Source: a virus. Taken from it: a stretch of 64,000 nt of DNA. The DNA lies in the IMG/VR virus record IMGVR_UViG_3300036832_001118, positions 1 to 64,000 of that record. One strand, 5' to 3'. Positions 37,601-46,290 of the stretch are shown piece after piece. The notes under the pieces were generated by a model that did not search any database, was not told the origin of the DNA, and worked only from the letters and a program-made list of their open reading frames with translations. Every line of letters starts with the position of its first letter. Position 1 is the stretch's first letter. The position numbers and the translations under genes are program-made.

Positions 37601-38733
37601 GAAGTACTGCGGATCTAAAGCCGGGAGCGCATGTTGATCAGGGGCAGTTCATTGGTCGCATTGGGGAGAACCATCTCCATTACGAGGAAATTCCGCCTAC
37701 CAGAAATGGTAGGGACAATCCAGTCTATCATGAATTTGAGAGAAATGCGAGGACCAATACATTTACCAACACAGCAAACCAAAGAGGAACCGTTGATCCT
37801 TCTGGCCCCCACGGATCATTGCAGAACATAGGCAAGAAAAAAGAGCAGGTCGACCAAGCAACCGGCCCGACGAAGCCTGGCGGCAAGGGCACCAAGCTCT
37901 TCATTCATGGAATGAATTATGAGCGCTTTGGTGACGCCAGCAAGATACAAGATGAGATCGAAGCGGATGTGCGGCGTCAAGCAGCGGCCGAGGGTTACGA
38001 CAACGTAGAGTTTGTTCGCGGCAGCAATAACCAGCAAAAAATTGCTGAGGCCGATGCGCGTCTGAAGAAAGGGGGTATCACGAAGGTTGATGGCTTCTCG
38101 CAGGGTGGCTACATTATCAATAATCACCTGCGAAAGAGATATCCAAAAATTGCTATGACGGATTATGGTGCCACAAAAAGTGGCGCTGATCCTAATTTCC
38201 CTGGCGTCAAACATATGCAGTTGCCGAAGGCGGCGGCTGATAGAGCTGTCGAAGAGCGTAAGGCGCGCGAGGCCAAGGCGGCACCAGCGCCTGCTGTCCG
38301 CAGCGCTGAAGTTGAGCGCGGTGAGGCAGCTGGCCTACAGGCGCGCCTCGCCCAGGCTGACAAGGAAGCGGCGGCAGCTAAGCCCAAGAAGGAAGCGGCA
38401 GGACCGCCGCTAGCATTGAAGACGGCTAAGGCGATGGCCGAGGGCGGCATCGTCACGCGACCGACCGATGCGCTCGTTGGCGAGGCGGGTCCCGAGGCGA
38501 TCATTCCGCTGGACGGTGGCGGCTCAAGTAGTTTGGACATTGACAGTTTGCTCCGGCAACACGCCGAGTTGCAGGCACATATGAACCAAAATCCGATCGA
38601 GGTGCCGATGGCTGAGCCGCATCGCATGGGGGGCGGTCGCCAACCGTTCGGTCGCATGATTGAGATGTCGCGACGTAAGACCGAAGCGCGCCGCACGGCA
38701 CATGAAGTGCCGCTCGATACAGGGCCGATGTAA
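34654..38733 (+). CDS. Tape measure protein 1 with phage-tail lysozyme, M23 peptidase and putative alpha/beta-hydrolase domains
   Basis: Helical Ala/Gln-rich N-terminal ~470 aa; GGVV..PT..IGEAGPEAVVPL x2; AGVLANI.EES.FDP..GLYQ; H.G.DL..GYG..H..HLHYE; GFSQGG. Confidence 0.85.
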   Translation: MDDILASAQVVLEGVDKVSPAATSSIDALKRLAATGADVQRQLINAAQNHQQTLQVLNKIYAQNQQAAQAAGTGATQAANAASQAVQKHTQTVQQVPPALNAAGRAANQLQKQLTDAFSVYAIEEFIRKSYMAFTSQELAMRRVQLAAGGTTEEINKVHRGLHDIATETNQATENMAKAFRDFQARSGLGYGEAVKAFRAVADAADLAGVHVDAMSRVATAAMAQLNINDKELSQLMGAFGKAFAGMGSEALHVMPNIIALMQRLHITGKDALEGVAAAIQATGKLQGSAEGAARGYQAIVDLASRPDTRLGYVLQDKVQAVADHIGDTTDLYAAALEKMREEWKKTGGNFRSEMMQLNLMFEGNQDAIQTARAAMKLSDEEFKKYIQDLKEKMATEKEAAKLHEETMRGAIDGTRKLIGAWNDLELSIGGLLDKLGATDSLNSTVTDLKKLTELLEWLDKFMKEHMSMGGLGGVTSGFGLGTRFREHILSLPPAFSMGTPAPPRMQSGGVVTEPTVAMIGEAGPEAVVPLGGGGADMRGADGGTQAEREAAEMWGRLHGLAGARHKHVDLKGQLSQEELDKILQAEGGGGPGGGGRDTGWGPGSGRGGTRGDGTSRGDGRTDDNRTSDVKPPPAAAPLPTQGAAGIPGLPGSPSGPALTPEERKAAGAPSGGTGGEFQAGGKYSKSQQAAINAVVNEWRKAGMSDVGIAGVLANIREESTFDPTLRHPDQPKYGGEAHFAHGLYQEGGAEWNNYVSWMQRNYPKGDWRDPKLQSEFAAKNLREGIGDARYKAVWERMKNAKTPAEAAAAYVEGYLKPAAKYREKRVREFRAGGAPGLETYGTGTGGPAEIARPDLPPIGQVAGLPGGPSGPSLTPEQRKAAATGGGGGGGEGGGSVISPFPGAHGFGIGSSNVYGAGRSGGRRAHSGNDLHAGDSPGSTPNGTPVVSMTGGTVLYNGRNSGYGANIVIRGDDGIIRRYAVHGSTADLKPGAHVDQGQFIGRIGENHLHYEEIPPTRNGRDNPVYHEFERNARTNTFTNTANQRGTVDPSGPHGSLQNIGKKKEQVDQATGPTKPGGKGTKLFIHGMNYERFGDASKIQDEIEADVRRQAAAEGYDNVEFVRGSNNQQKIAEADARLKKGGITKVDGFSQGGYIINNHLRKRYPKIAMTDYGATKSGADPNFPGVKHMQLPKAAADRAVEERKAREAKAAPAPAVRSAEVERGEAAGLQARLAQADKEAAAAKPKKEAAGPPLALKTAKAMAEGGIVTRPTDALVGEAGPEAIIPLDGGGSSSLDIDSLLRQHAELQAHMNQNPIEVPMAEPHRMGGGRQPFGRMIEMSRRKTEARRTAHEVPLDTGPM

Positions 38734-41700
38734 TGGATGAAGTTGTCGGCAGCGCCAAGGTTGTTCTGGAGGGTATCGATAAGATTAGCCCTGCCGTAAC
38801 AACCAGTATCGATACACTTAAAAAGTGGGCGGCAAGTGGCGCCGATGTGCAACGGCAGTTGATCCAGGCTGCGCAGAAGCATCAACAAACACTGCAAGTG
38901 CTTAACCAGATCTACGCACAGAACCAACAAGCCGCACAAGCTGCAGGCGGCGCAACGACACAAGCGTTCAATGCAGGAACGCAGGCGGCTCAGCAATTAA
39001 CGCAGGCGGTTCAGAAAGTGCCGCCCTCACTTATTAATATCGGACAGGCCGGCGCCGTCTTACAAAAACAAGTCGCCGGCTATTTCTCGATCTACGCGAT
39101 TGAGGAGTTCATTCGCAAGTCTTACATGGCTTTCACCAGTCATGAAGAACATATGCGGCGAATTCAACTCGCCTTTGGCGGTACCACAGAGGAGATCAAA
39201 AAACTACATGGTGAACTGAGTAGCCTGGCGGCAGCGGTCGGGTCAACAACAGAGAAGATGACTGACGACCTCCGTGCGTTTATGGCCGGTTCAGGACTTG
39301 GACGCGGCGAGGCACTGGAGGCGTTCAAGGGTATTGCCATGGCGGCCGACGAGGCCGGCATTCACGTGCAGGATATGTCACGCATTGCCACAATGGCAAT
39401 GGCACAGCTGCAAATTAGCACGCGAGAGATGCCCCAGTTAATGGGGTCAATGGGTAAGGCTTTCGCTGAAATGGGCGCTGCGGCCGCGCGCGTCCTGCCG
39501 AATATCATCACTTTGATGCAGCAGATCGGCCTTACAGGCAAAGCCAATCTGCAAGCCGCCTTGGCCATCGCCGAGGTCAGCACAAAAGCTACCGGCGACG
39601 CAGAGATTTCTTGGCGTAATCTGCAGACCATATTGCAGCAAATGGGCGATCCCGAAAGCAAATTGAATCGTCAGGCGGCGGATAGGTTCGACGCTTTCAA
39701 ACAGAATATTGGCGATACCATCGATGCATACATGATTGCCGTTGATTGGACGCGGGATGTTATGAAGCGGCATCCCGACATCCGCAGCGTAAACGCTGAA
39801 ATGGATTGGATGTTTGGCCATAATGTGCAGCTGCAGGAACAGTTAAAACACGATGCGGCAGTCGAGCGGGATGAGTTATATAAAACATTACGGGCCCAGA
39901 AGGATGCGCTCGGTAATGTCAAGGAGATCGATGAGGCGCATCAAAAGTTTGTAAAGGGCTCAATAGATGGAACGCGTCGGCTCTCGCAAGCTTTGATCGA
40001 CGTGGCAGTATCGGCCGGTGGATTTCTTGATTCGATTGGCATGACTGATACTTTGCATAGCACTGTTACCGACCTGCAACATCTCAAAGAACTCATTGAA
40101 TGGTTTCAAGGGAAGAGTAAGGAGGGCGAAGACAAGGGCGGCGTTCCGAACGATGCTTCAGAGTACAGGGACATGCTGCGCCGCCGAATACACCCACCGG
40201 CTAAGCCAGAAATCAAGCCACATCAATCTGGTGGCGTTGTTAGTGAGCCGACCTTGGCAATGATCGGTGAGGCTGGGCCGGAAGCCGTGGTCCCGCTGAC
40301 ACGCGGCTTTGATATGCGCGGCGCCTCGGGCGGTACGCAGGCCGAGCGGGACGCCGGGACAATGTGGGCTCGCTTGCATGGTCTGGCACTAACGCGGACC
40401 AAGCATATCGATCTGCACGGGAAGCTGACGCAGGAAACCATCGACAAGCTGATGGGTGGCGGGGGCAGCTCTGGCGGAGGTGGCGCCAGCGGGGATTCCA
40501 GCGGGGCGAGCGGGACACCGACGGGGACAAGCAGCACGACGGGTGACAGCAAATCAACTGGCGATAGCAAGGCTGATACAGGCGGTACGCAACCGGCCCC
40601 GCCTGGGGCAGAGGGAACATTCCGACCTGTTTATAAACTAGGGGGTGCTGATCTCAGCGACGCCGTCGTCAATACGATTGCCGGCGAAGCTTACACCAAC
40701 AATCAAGAGAGCGTCGATGCTGTCATCAATAATATGCTGAATCGCGTCGGATCGAAAGGCTGGGGGCCATCCGGCGACATGCAACAGGTAGCACGCGCGC
40801 GCGGTCAATATGCTGGCTATCGTAAGGCCAATGCTAAAGAAGCTGAATTTATTCGTAACAGAATCAAAGCCATCGCGTCCGGTGGGGTTAAAGACAACAC
40901 TGGTGGATCAAACGAATATCGAGCAGGTTCCTACCGCGGGCCTTGGTATCAACATCATCGCGACGCACCAGTAGTTGGTGGCAATCGATTTGGCTTTAAT
41001 CCAAAAGTTTCAAATGGACCTTACGCTCCTTATCCAACCAAGATGATGGCCAAGGGCGGAATTGTTACGAAGCCTACGCTGGCGACGATCGGCGAGAATG
41101 GGCCAGAGGCCGTGGTGCCGCTCCAGGAGGTGGGTACAAAGGGGCAACAACAGCAGTTTTGGGGAATGCCGAGTGAGGGTGGAAAGGAGGGAGAAGCGGA
41201 TTTAGATCCAGTACGTGCATTAGCGTTCGAGAATGAAAAAATTTTAGGACAGCCTGGGCGTCATCGTGCTTCGCAGTGGCACGAGTGGTTGAAGCAAAAT
41301 CCCTATGGCCGTGGGGTAAGTGAGGGAGAAGCTATAGGTACCAATCCATTTGGGGTTCGACAAAAGGAGTATTTGAAACAGCTAGAACGTACAATGGAGG
41401 TACAGGGAGATAACCCTGATCTCGATAAGAGAGTCTTGGAAGATTTAGGCCCTCGTCCATCGCAAGCCAGCCTCACTGGTGGCGGCGGCTCTAGTGGTGG
41501 TGCCGGTGCCAGCATGAACTTCGGTGGTGGCTTTGGCGGCGGCGAAACATCTGCACCGGAAGGCTACACGCCGAGCGTGGCCAACATACATCCAAACGCT
41601 CATGGATTTCTTAACGCGATTGCTAGCACAGAGACAGACTTCAGCGAAAGAGAGGCTTACTCCGACGCGACTAACGTCAAGAGCTACGGCGGCAACACGT

Positions 41701-42233
41701 CGATGTACGATTACGGCTACTATCAGATGGCTCAGCGTGACATCGACTATGCTGTCAAAACTCTGCACATGTCTCCGGAGATAGCTCAGCATTTGACTGG
41801 TGGGCCTGATCATAAGAGTACGCTCGATCAGCAGACTGCTTCCGTTAATGAATATTTGCAGCGGCGTTATCCAGACGCTTATAGAAATCTAGTGGAGCGC
41901 GGTGACTATGAAGGCATGCGCCAGGCCACGAGGCATGGCAAAAGCTGGGTTTGGTTTGGCCTGAAAGACAAACCCAAGCAAGCTTTGACTGAGTACAACA
42001 AGGTCGCGCAGCCGCAGACCACGGCAGTGACGCCGCTGCCCAAGTCGCGACCGGCATCGGCGCAGGCAAGCGCACAGACCCACTTCAACAACAACCCGAT
42101 TCAGGTGCCGGTCGCCCCGGCCAAGCTTGGGGCACACCGCCAATCGTTTGCGCGCAGCGCTGGTTGGGCGCAGCGCAAGGCGCATGCCCGCAGCGCTCGA
42201 CAGGAAGCCACGGTTCATACCGGGGAGATGTAA
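38733..42233 (+). CDS. Tape measure protein 2 (paralogue) with SleB-like cell-wall hydrolase and lambda-R-like lysozyme domains
   Basis: N-terminus collinear with TMP1; TIAGEA..AV...MLNR..GQY..D.TGG; FLNAIA.TE..YGYYQ..W.GL. Confidence 0.85.
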   Translation: MDEVVGSAKVVLEGIDKISPAVTTSIDTLKKWAASGADVQRQLIQAAQKHQQTLQVLNQIYAQNQQAAQAAGGATTQAFNAGTQAAQQLTQAVQKVPPSLINIGQAGAVLQKQVAGYFSIYAIEEFIRKSYMAFTSHEEHMRRIQLAFGGTTEEIKKLHGELSSLAAAVGSTTEKMTDDLRAFMAGSGLGRGEALEAFKGIAMAADEAGIHVQDMSRIATMAMAQLQISTREMPQLMGSMGKAFAEMGAAAARVLPNIITLMQQIGLTGKANLQAALAIAEVSTKATGDAEISWRNLQTILQQMGDPESKLNRQAADRFDAFKQNIGDTIDAYMIAVDWTRDVMKRHPDIRSVNAEMDWMFGHNVQLQEQLKHDAAVERDELYKTLRAQKDALGNVKEIDEAHQKFVKGSIDGTRRLSQALIDVAVSAGGFLDSIGMTDTLHSTVTDLQHLKELIEWFQGKSKEGEDKGGVPNDASEYRDMLRRRIHPPAKPEIKPHQSGGVVSEPTLAMIGEAGPEAVVPLTRGFDMRGASGGTQAERDAGTMWARLHGLALTRTKHIDLHGKLTQETIDKLMGGGGSSGGGGASGDSSGASGTPTGTSSTTGDSKSTGDSKADTGGTQPAPPGAEGTFRPVYKLGGADLSDAVVNTIAGEAYTNNQESVDAVINNMLNRVGSKGWGPSGDMQQVARARGQYAGYRKANAKEAEFIRNRIKAIASGGVKDNTGGSNEYRAGSYRGPWYQHHRDAPVVGGNRFGFNPKVSNGPYAPYPTKMMAKGGIVTKPTLATIGENGPEAVVPLQEVGTKGQQQQFWGMPSEGGKEGEADLDPVRALAFENEKILGQPGRHRASQWHEWLKQNPYGRGVSEGEAIGTNPFGVRQKEYLKQLERTMEVQGDNPDLDKRVLEDLGPRPSQASLTGGGGSSGGAGASMNFGGGFGGGETSAPEGYTPSVANIHPNAHGFLNAIASTETDFSEREAYSDATNVKSYGGNTSMYDYGYYQMAQRDIDYAVKTLHMSPEIAQHLTGGPDHKSTLDQQTASVNEYLQRRYPDAYRNLVERGDYEGMRQATRHGKSWVWFGLKDKPKQALTEYNKVAQPQTTAVTPLPKSRPASAQASAQTHFNNNPIQVPVAPAKLGAHRQSFARSAGWAQRKAHARSARQEATVHTGEM

Positions 42234-42881
42234 ATGGCCGTTCCACCCTTCACCGTCCCTCTTCCGAACGTCATCGGTGTCAAGAACCCGCCGGTTACCC
42301 CGCCCGTAGAGAACACTTTCAAAATCCGGCCTTATTACGAGGCTTATGCTAGCGGTCAAACGAGCAAGTATCCCTATGCGAGCTGGCTGCAGAACGGAGC
42401 CAGCCTGTATGCGCCGACGACAGATAGCGGCATCAACAATGTTCTATACGCGTGGGGGCCGATCCAATTTATTGTTGTTGGATTGAACACGCATGAGCTG
42501 GACCACGATACGGAAACGGATTGGGCGCAGAAGGAAATTGTAAACGCGGCGATCTACAGGGAGTGGGTAGGAGAAAACGATGAGCAACTCTACGTGCGCG
42601 GGCGCATATTCCCTTATCGTATCCAGGGCATGACACAGCTCGAAGCATTCGAGTTGCAACGGCGCGGCGGCATTGTCAACCAACTCATCCGCGGTGATGG
42701 CTTGATCATGGGCTGGTTTGCCTGTCAGAAACTCGTGCGCGGTCATACGTTCCTGTCTGCGGAAGGCGTCGGCCAGCAGATCGCTTTCGAGACCGTGCTG
42801 GTGCGTTGTCCTGTGCCCGCTGCTGACAATCGCTATTCCAGTCTTTGGGGCACCATGATCAATCCGCAGGGACTAGGCTGA
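42234..42881 (+). CDS. Tail protein U (P2 gpU-like)
   Basis: WG.IQF, WA.KE......EW.GE.D, G..FP, LIRGDG..MGWF, G.GQ.I.FE. Confidence 0.85.
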   Translation: MAVPPFTVPLPNVIGVKNPPVTPPVENTFKIRPYYEAYASGQTSKYPYASWLQNGASLYAPTTDSGINNVLYAWGPIQFIVVGLNTHELDHDTETDWAQKEIVNAAIYREWVGENDEQLYVRGRIFPYRIQGMTQLEAFELQRRGGIVNQLIRGDGLIMGWFACQKLVRGHTFLSAEGVGQQIAFETVLVRCPVPAADNRYSSLWGTMINPQGLG

Positions 42882-42903
42882 TGGGCAAGCGTAGGTATGC
42901 CGC

Positions 42904-43173
42904 ATGGTGACCGGTTTCGAATTAGTCCAGGTGACGACAGACTACGTCACCGCAGATCTGATTATTTGGAAGCGCTATAAGCGCAAAGCGCCGGGTATGG
43001 TCGAGCTGATGCTGGACGCCAATCCGCAGTTGGCCTTCGTGCACCGGACCACGCCGTTCATTCCGCCGGGCACTTATCTGCGTGTGCCGATCGATCCTGG
43101 AATGATCCTTGGGCGTATCGCGCCGCTGCCCACGGATTCCTTGTGGACTGACAGGGCGGGTAGTACGCTGTGA
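42904..43173 (+). CDS. Tail protein X (LysM-like)
   Basis: DLIIW.RY....G.VE..LDANP.LA......P.GT..P. Confidence 0.9.
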   Translation: MVTGFELVQVTTDYVTADLIIWKRYKRKAPGMVELMLDANPQLAFVHRTTPFIPPGTYLRVPIDPGMILGRIAPLPTDSLWTDRAGSTL

Positions 43174-44753
43174 GCAACGGCGGCATCCCGCTGCCATCGT
43201 TGCCGCCTGATCCGATCCTTGTTGGACAGCCCTTCCCGCTGCAAGGCTTGCCGCAAGCGCCGTTCGGTTCGCCAATTCTTGATACGCGACCGGGACCGCC
43301 GCAACTGCTCAACAGTGCCAGCGGCGGCGTAAACACCAGGTACACCACGGACATTTTTTCCGGGACGGACAACAATGGCAATCCGCTTCCACCGCCGCCG
43401 AACCCGTTTATCGGCTCGCCAATTCAAACTAATCGGCTGCAGGCTTTCTGCACGGTGATAGTCGCCGGAGTCGATATCACGGATAAGCTCAATCCCTATC
43501 TCATCTCGCTGCGGATAGTAGATGCCAAGGTTCCAACCGCAGAAATCGAAATCGATGACCGTGACGCACGGCTGCCGATCCCGCCATATAACGCGGATGT
43601 CAGCATCTACATTGGCTGGGTGGCTGAGGCTACCTACGTGAATTTCAAAGGTGTGATTGTGGACCTCGAATACAGCGACGCGCGCCAGGGCGGCCGACAC
43701 ATGACGGTGCACTGCCGGGCTGACAGCCTGAATACCAAGATGAAGGAACCAGGTTCCGATAATGTAGGCGATGGCCCCCCACCGGGCGAGAACGTCGGCA
43801 AGACAATTCCTGTCAACGAATGGCTACAGTCCGCGGCGAAGGCGGCCGGGACGATAGTGAGTTTTGCACCCGATGCGCTGGCGAAGGCGCAGAAACTTTT
43901 GAAGGATCATCATGACCGCAACAATGAAAGCATGCAGCAATTGGTGGAGCGTGAGGCCAAGGCGGCGGGCCTCACCACGCAATATTTTCGTGGTGGGGTC
44001 AAACTCTTCGGGATCAACGACGCGCAGGGAAGTGTCATCGCCCAGGTCGGTTACAATCTGATCAGTCTACGCGTGCGACCCTACTCGGCCCGTGGCAGCT
44101 GGAGCGACAGCAGACAACACTGGTTCGATACCAAGCTGGGCCAGTGGAAGCGAATGAAGATCCCCATCAGCACCGGCAGCGCGCAATTCGACAGTGCGAT
44201 TGGTGCGGTTGCAGGCTTCCTGTTGCCGAAACCGGCGCCAGACGAGGCGTCAGCGCAAGCCGATCGCGACGGGGGATCTAATCAGGTTGGCTTCGGTTAT
44301 GGGCACGGTCGTATCTGTATCAATGGTGAGCCATCGGCACAATTCTTGTGTGCGGTAACGGTGATCGGAGTACGCTCCGGTGTGGATGGCCGTTACAAGG
44401 CTTGGGACGCGGTCGAGCATATCTATTCCCGTCAAGGCTACGTCACTTGGCTCGATGTTATTACGGATGCGGACGGCAGCCCCGGCAGCAACGTGCTGGA
44501 AGGTCACATCGCGGCGGCTGAGTTGGGTGCGAAGTTGGCGCTAGCCTACGCAAAACAGGGCGTTAGCGCTATCGTGCCGCTTCCCAGCCCAACGCAGCTA
44601 AACCAACAAGTTCCCGCAGGAGAGCCGATCGATTCGGGTACCGCGTCGTCTCTCTTGCCAAACCTCTCACCCCCTCCGCCTGTGCCGAATGCGCCGATCC
44701 CACTTGATCCATTGGGGTCATTGGGGAGTCAACCCTTGGGAGGGTCTTTGTGA
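43170..44753 (+). CDS. Baseplate hub / late control D protein with Pro-rich terminal extensions
   Basis: G.DIT..L.PYLISL.I.D, I.IDDRD..L.IP, NES, I.GEP......V..GVR.GVDG.Y....H.YSR.G.VT. Confidence 0.85.
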   Translation: MSNGGIPLPSLPPDPILVGQPFPLQGLPQAPFGSPILDTRPGPPQLLNSASGGVNTRYTTDIFSGTDNNGNPLPPPPNPFIGSPIQTNRLQAFCTVIVAGVDITDKLNPYLISLRIVDAKVPTAEIEIDDRDARLPIPPYNADVSIYIGWVAEATYVNFKGVIVDLEYSDARQGGRHMTVHCRADSLNTKMKEPGSDNVGDGPPPGENVGKTIPVNEWLQSAAKAAGTIVSFAPDALAKAQKLLKDHHDRNNESMQQLVEREAKAAGLTTQYFRGGVKLFGINDAQGSVIAQVGYNLISLRVRPYSARGSWSDSRQHWFDTKLGQWKRMKIPISTGSAQFDSAIGAVAGFLLPKPAPDEASAQADRDGGSNQVGFGYGHGRICINGEPSAQFLCAVTVIGVRSGVDGRYKAWDAVEHIYSRQGYVTWLDVITDADGSPGSNVLEGHIAAAELGAKLALAYAKQGVSAIVPLPSPTQLNQQVPAGEPIDSGTASSLLPNLSPPPPVPNAPIPLDPLGSLGSQPLGGSL

Positions 44754-44771
44754 AGCATTTGGGGTCATGAT

Positions 44772-46271
44772 GTGTCCAACCGTCGCCTCGCGCACACATA
44801 CACACTCCAGGCTGAGTTCGACGGCCAAGGCGTTCTAGTCGCCGATCCCTATCCGCTTTATCCGCGTGCCTTTTTGTGGGCCCATCTCGATGACGGGATT
44901 ATGGAGTCCGTCACGACCAATTGGGGCAACGAAGGCATCTACATGGAAGGCGTCGGCCCGTCGTTGGTCGGGCGCGCCGTTCCCGGTCTCGGTCCGCTGC
45001 AGCAGATCAACCTTGGCGGTGCGCTGCAGTTCGACGCTGACGGCAATCTCGCTTACGATCCGACTAACGTTGAACATCAAATCGCGGCGCTGACCGCGCA
45101 GCTGACGACGTTGCAGCAACAGTTTGCAGCGTTGAATGATCAGGTCGAGCTTCTTTACGCGACGCTCAAATCGACTGCTTTCAACCCGTATGGCCAAGCC
45201 AGCCTTGCTGGGGCAGGGGCGCTGGCTGCGGCGTTGGCCACGCCATTTTCGCTGGCGGTGCCAGCGATGCAGGCGAACGGTAATCTGCAGGCGGTAATTG
45301 GCTTTCAGCTGCCAATGGCCCCCCGAGCATTCGCCGCCGTTGGCAGCCTCACCGCAGCTGCGCTCAATGCTCTCAATATGCGATCCGCGATGACTGGGGC
45401 GGGCGCAGCCAACGTTGCTTTGATCCAAGTGCCCAGCACCGTCAAGCAACTCGGGTCCCAGTTGTTTGCTGGCGCTGGTGGCGGCGTATCAAAATTGGGC
45501 ATTGGATTGGCGGCGTCAGCCACTTTGGCGGGCGCGAGCAATCTCAATGTCAGCTTGCTCACGGCGTTGGGCAGTTCAACAAGCTTTGCTGGCGCGAGCA
45601 CCTCTGCGGCCAAATTGATACAAGTGCAACGGATCTCGAGGCTTCTCTCTGGCTCTGGTGGTGCTAGCATAGATGTGCAGCTTTACCGATCGGCATTCGA
45701 TCCGGTCCACAAGGGTGCGCAGGTCATTCTGTCGAACAACAACTTAACCGCCACGGTGGCCAGCGCGCCGTATCAGAGCGGATCGGCGATAGGCACAAGC
45801 TCGCGCTCCAACGGCAAGCTGTACTTTGAGGTGCACCAGGATGTGCCGATCACGACCGGCGATATCGCCACCGCCATCGGCGTGGTGACCACGGGCTTTG
45901 ACGTGTCCCTGCAGGTTGGCCAGGACGTCTACAGCTGGGGCATGATGGCGGCAGACAGGAATGGCCGGCATGATAATAACACAGATGGCGGAGGGATTCC
46001 TGCTATTGCGGGCGTCGTCTATACATTTATGGTGGCGATTGATTTCAATTACACCGGCGCCGGCAACAACACCGCGATCTACTTTGGCGTAAACGGGTCA
46101 TGGTCCAATAGTGGCGCGCCGATCTGGAATAACCTGCCGCCCAACACTCTGCTCTACCCGGCGGTGTCGCCGTGGTCCGATGCTGTTGGCAATCCGTCCC
46201 AGCTCACGCTCAATATTGGGACGACCGCGTTCAACTATACTCCGCTGAGCGGCTTCTCCGCTTGGGGCTAA
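44772..46271 (+). CDS. Fibre-like protein: coiled coil, Ala/Gly repeats, C-terminal SPRY domain
   Basis: LTAQLTTLQQQ heptads; LAGAGAL repeats; LSNNNLTA..GKLYFEV..GFSAW. Confidence 0.75.
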   Translation: MSNRRLAHTYTLQAEFDGQGVLVADPYPLYPRAFLWAHLDDGIMESVTTNWGNEGIYMEGVGPSLVGRAVPGLGPLQQINLGGALQFDADGNLAYDPTNVEHQIAALTAQLTTLQQQFAALNDQVELLYATLKSTAFNPYGQASLAGAGALAAALATPFSLAVPAMQANGNLQAVIGFQLPMAPRAFAAVGSLTAAALNALNMRSAMTGAGAANVALIQVPSTVKQLGSQLFAGAGGGVSKLGIGLAASATLAGASNLNVSLLTALGSSTSFAGASTSAAKLIQVQRISRLLSGSGGASIDVQLYRSAFDPVHKGAQVILSNNNLTATVASAPYQSGSAIGTSSRSNGKLYFEVHQDVPITTGDIATAIGVVTTGFDVSLQVGQDVYSWGMMAADRNGRHDNNTDGGGIPAIAGVVYTFMVAIDFNYTGAGNNTAIYFGVNGSWSNSGAPIWNNLPPNTLLYPAVSPWSDAVGNPSQLTLNIGTTAFNYTPLSGFSAWG

Positions 46272-46290
46272 TATTAATTAGGATGGGGCA

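Noticed and set aside
20328-44753. Tailocin, eCIS or GTA rather than a phage
   Set aside because: A complete head and packaging module, HNH genes and many early-type ORFs indicate a genuine myovirus.
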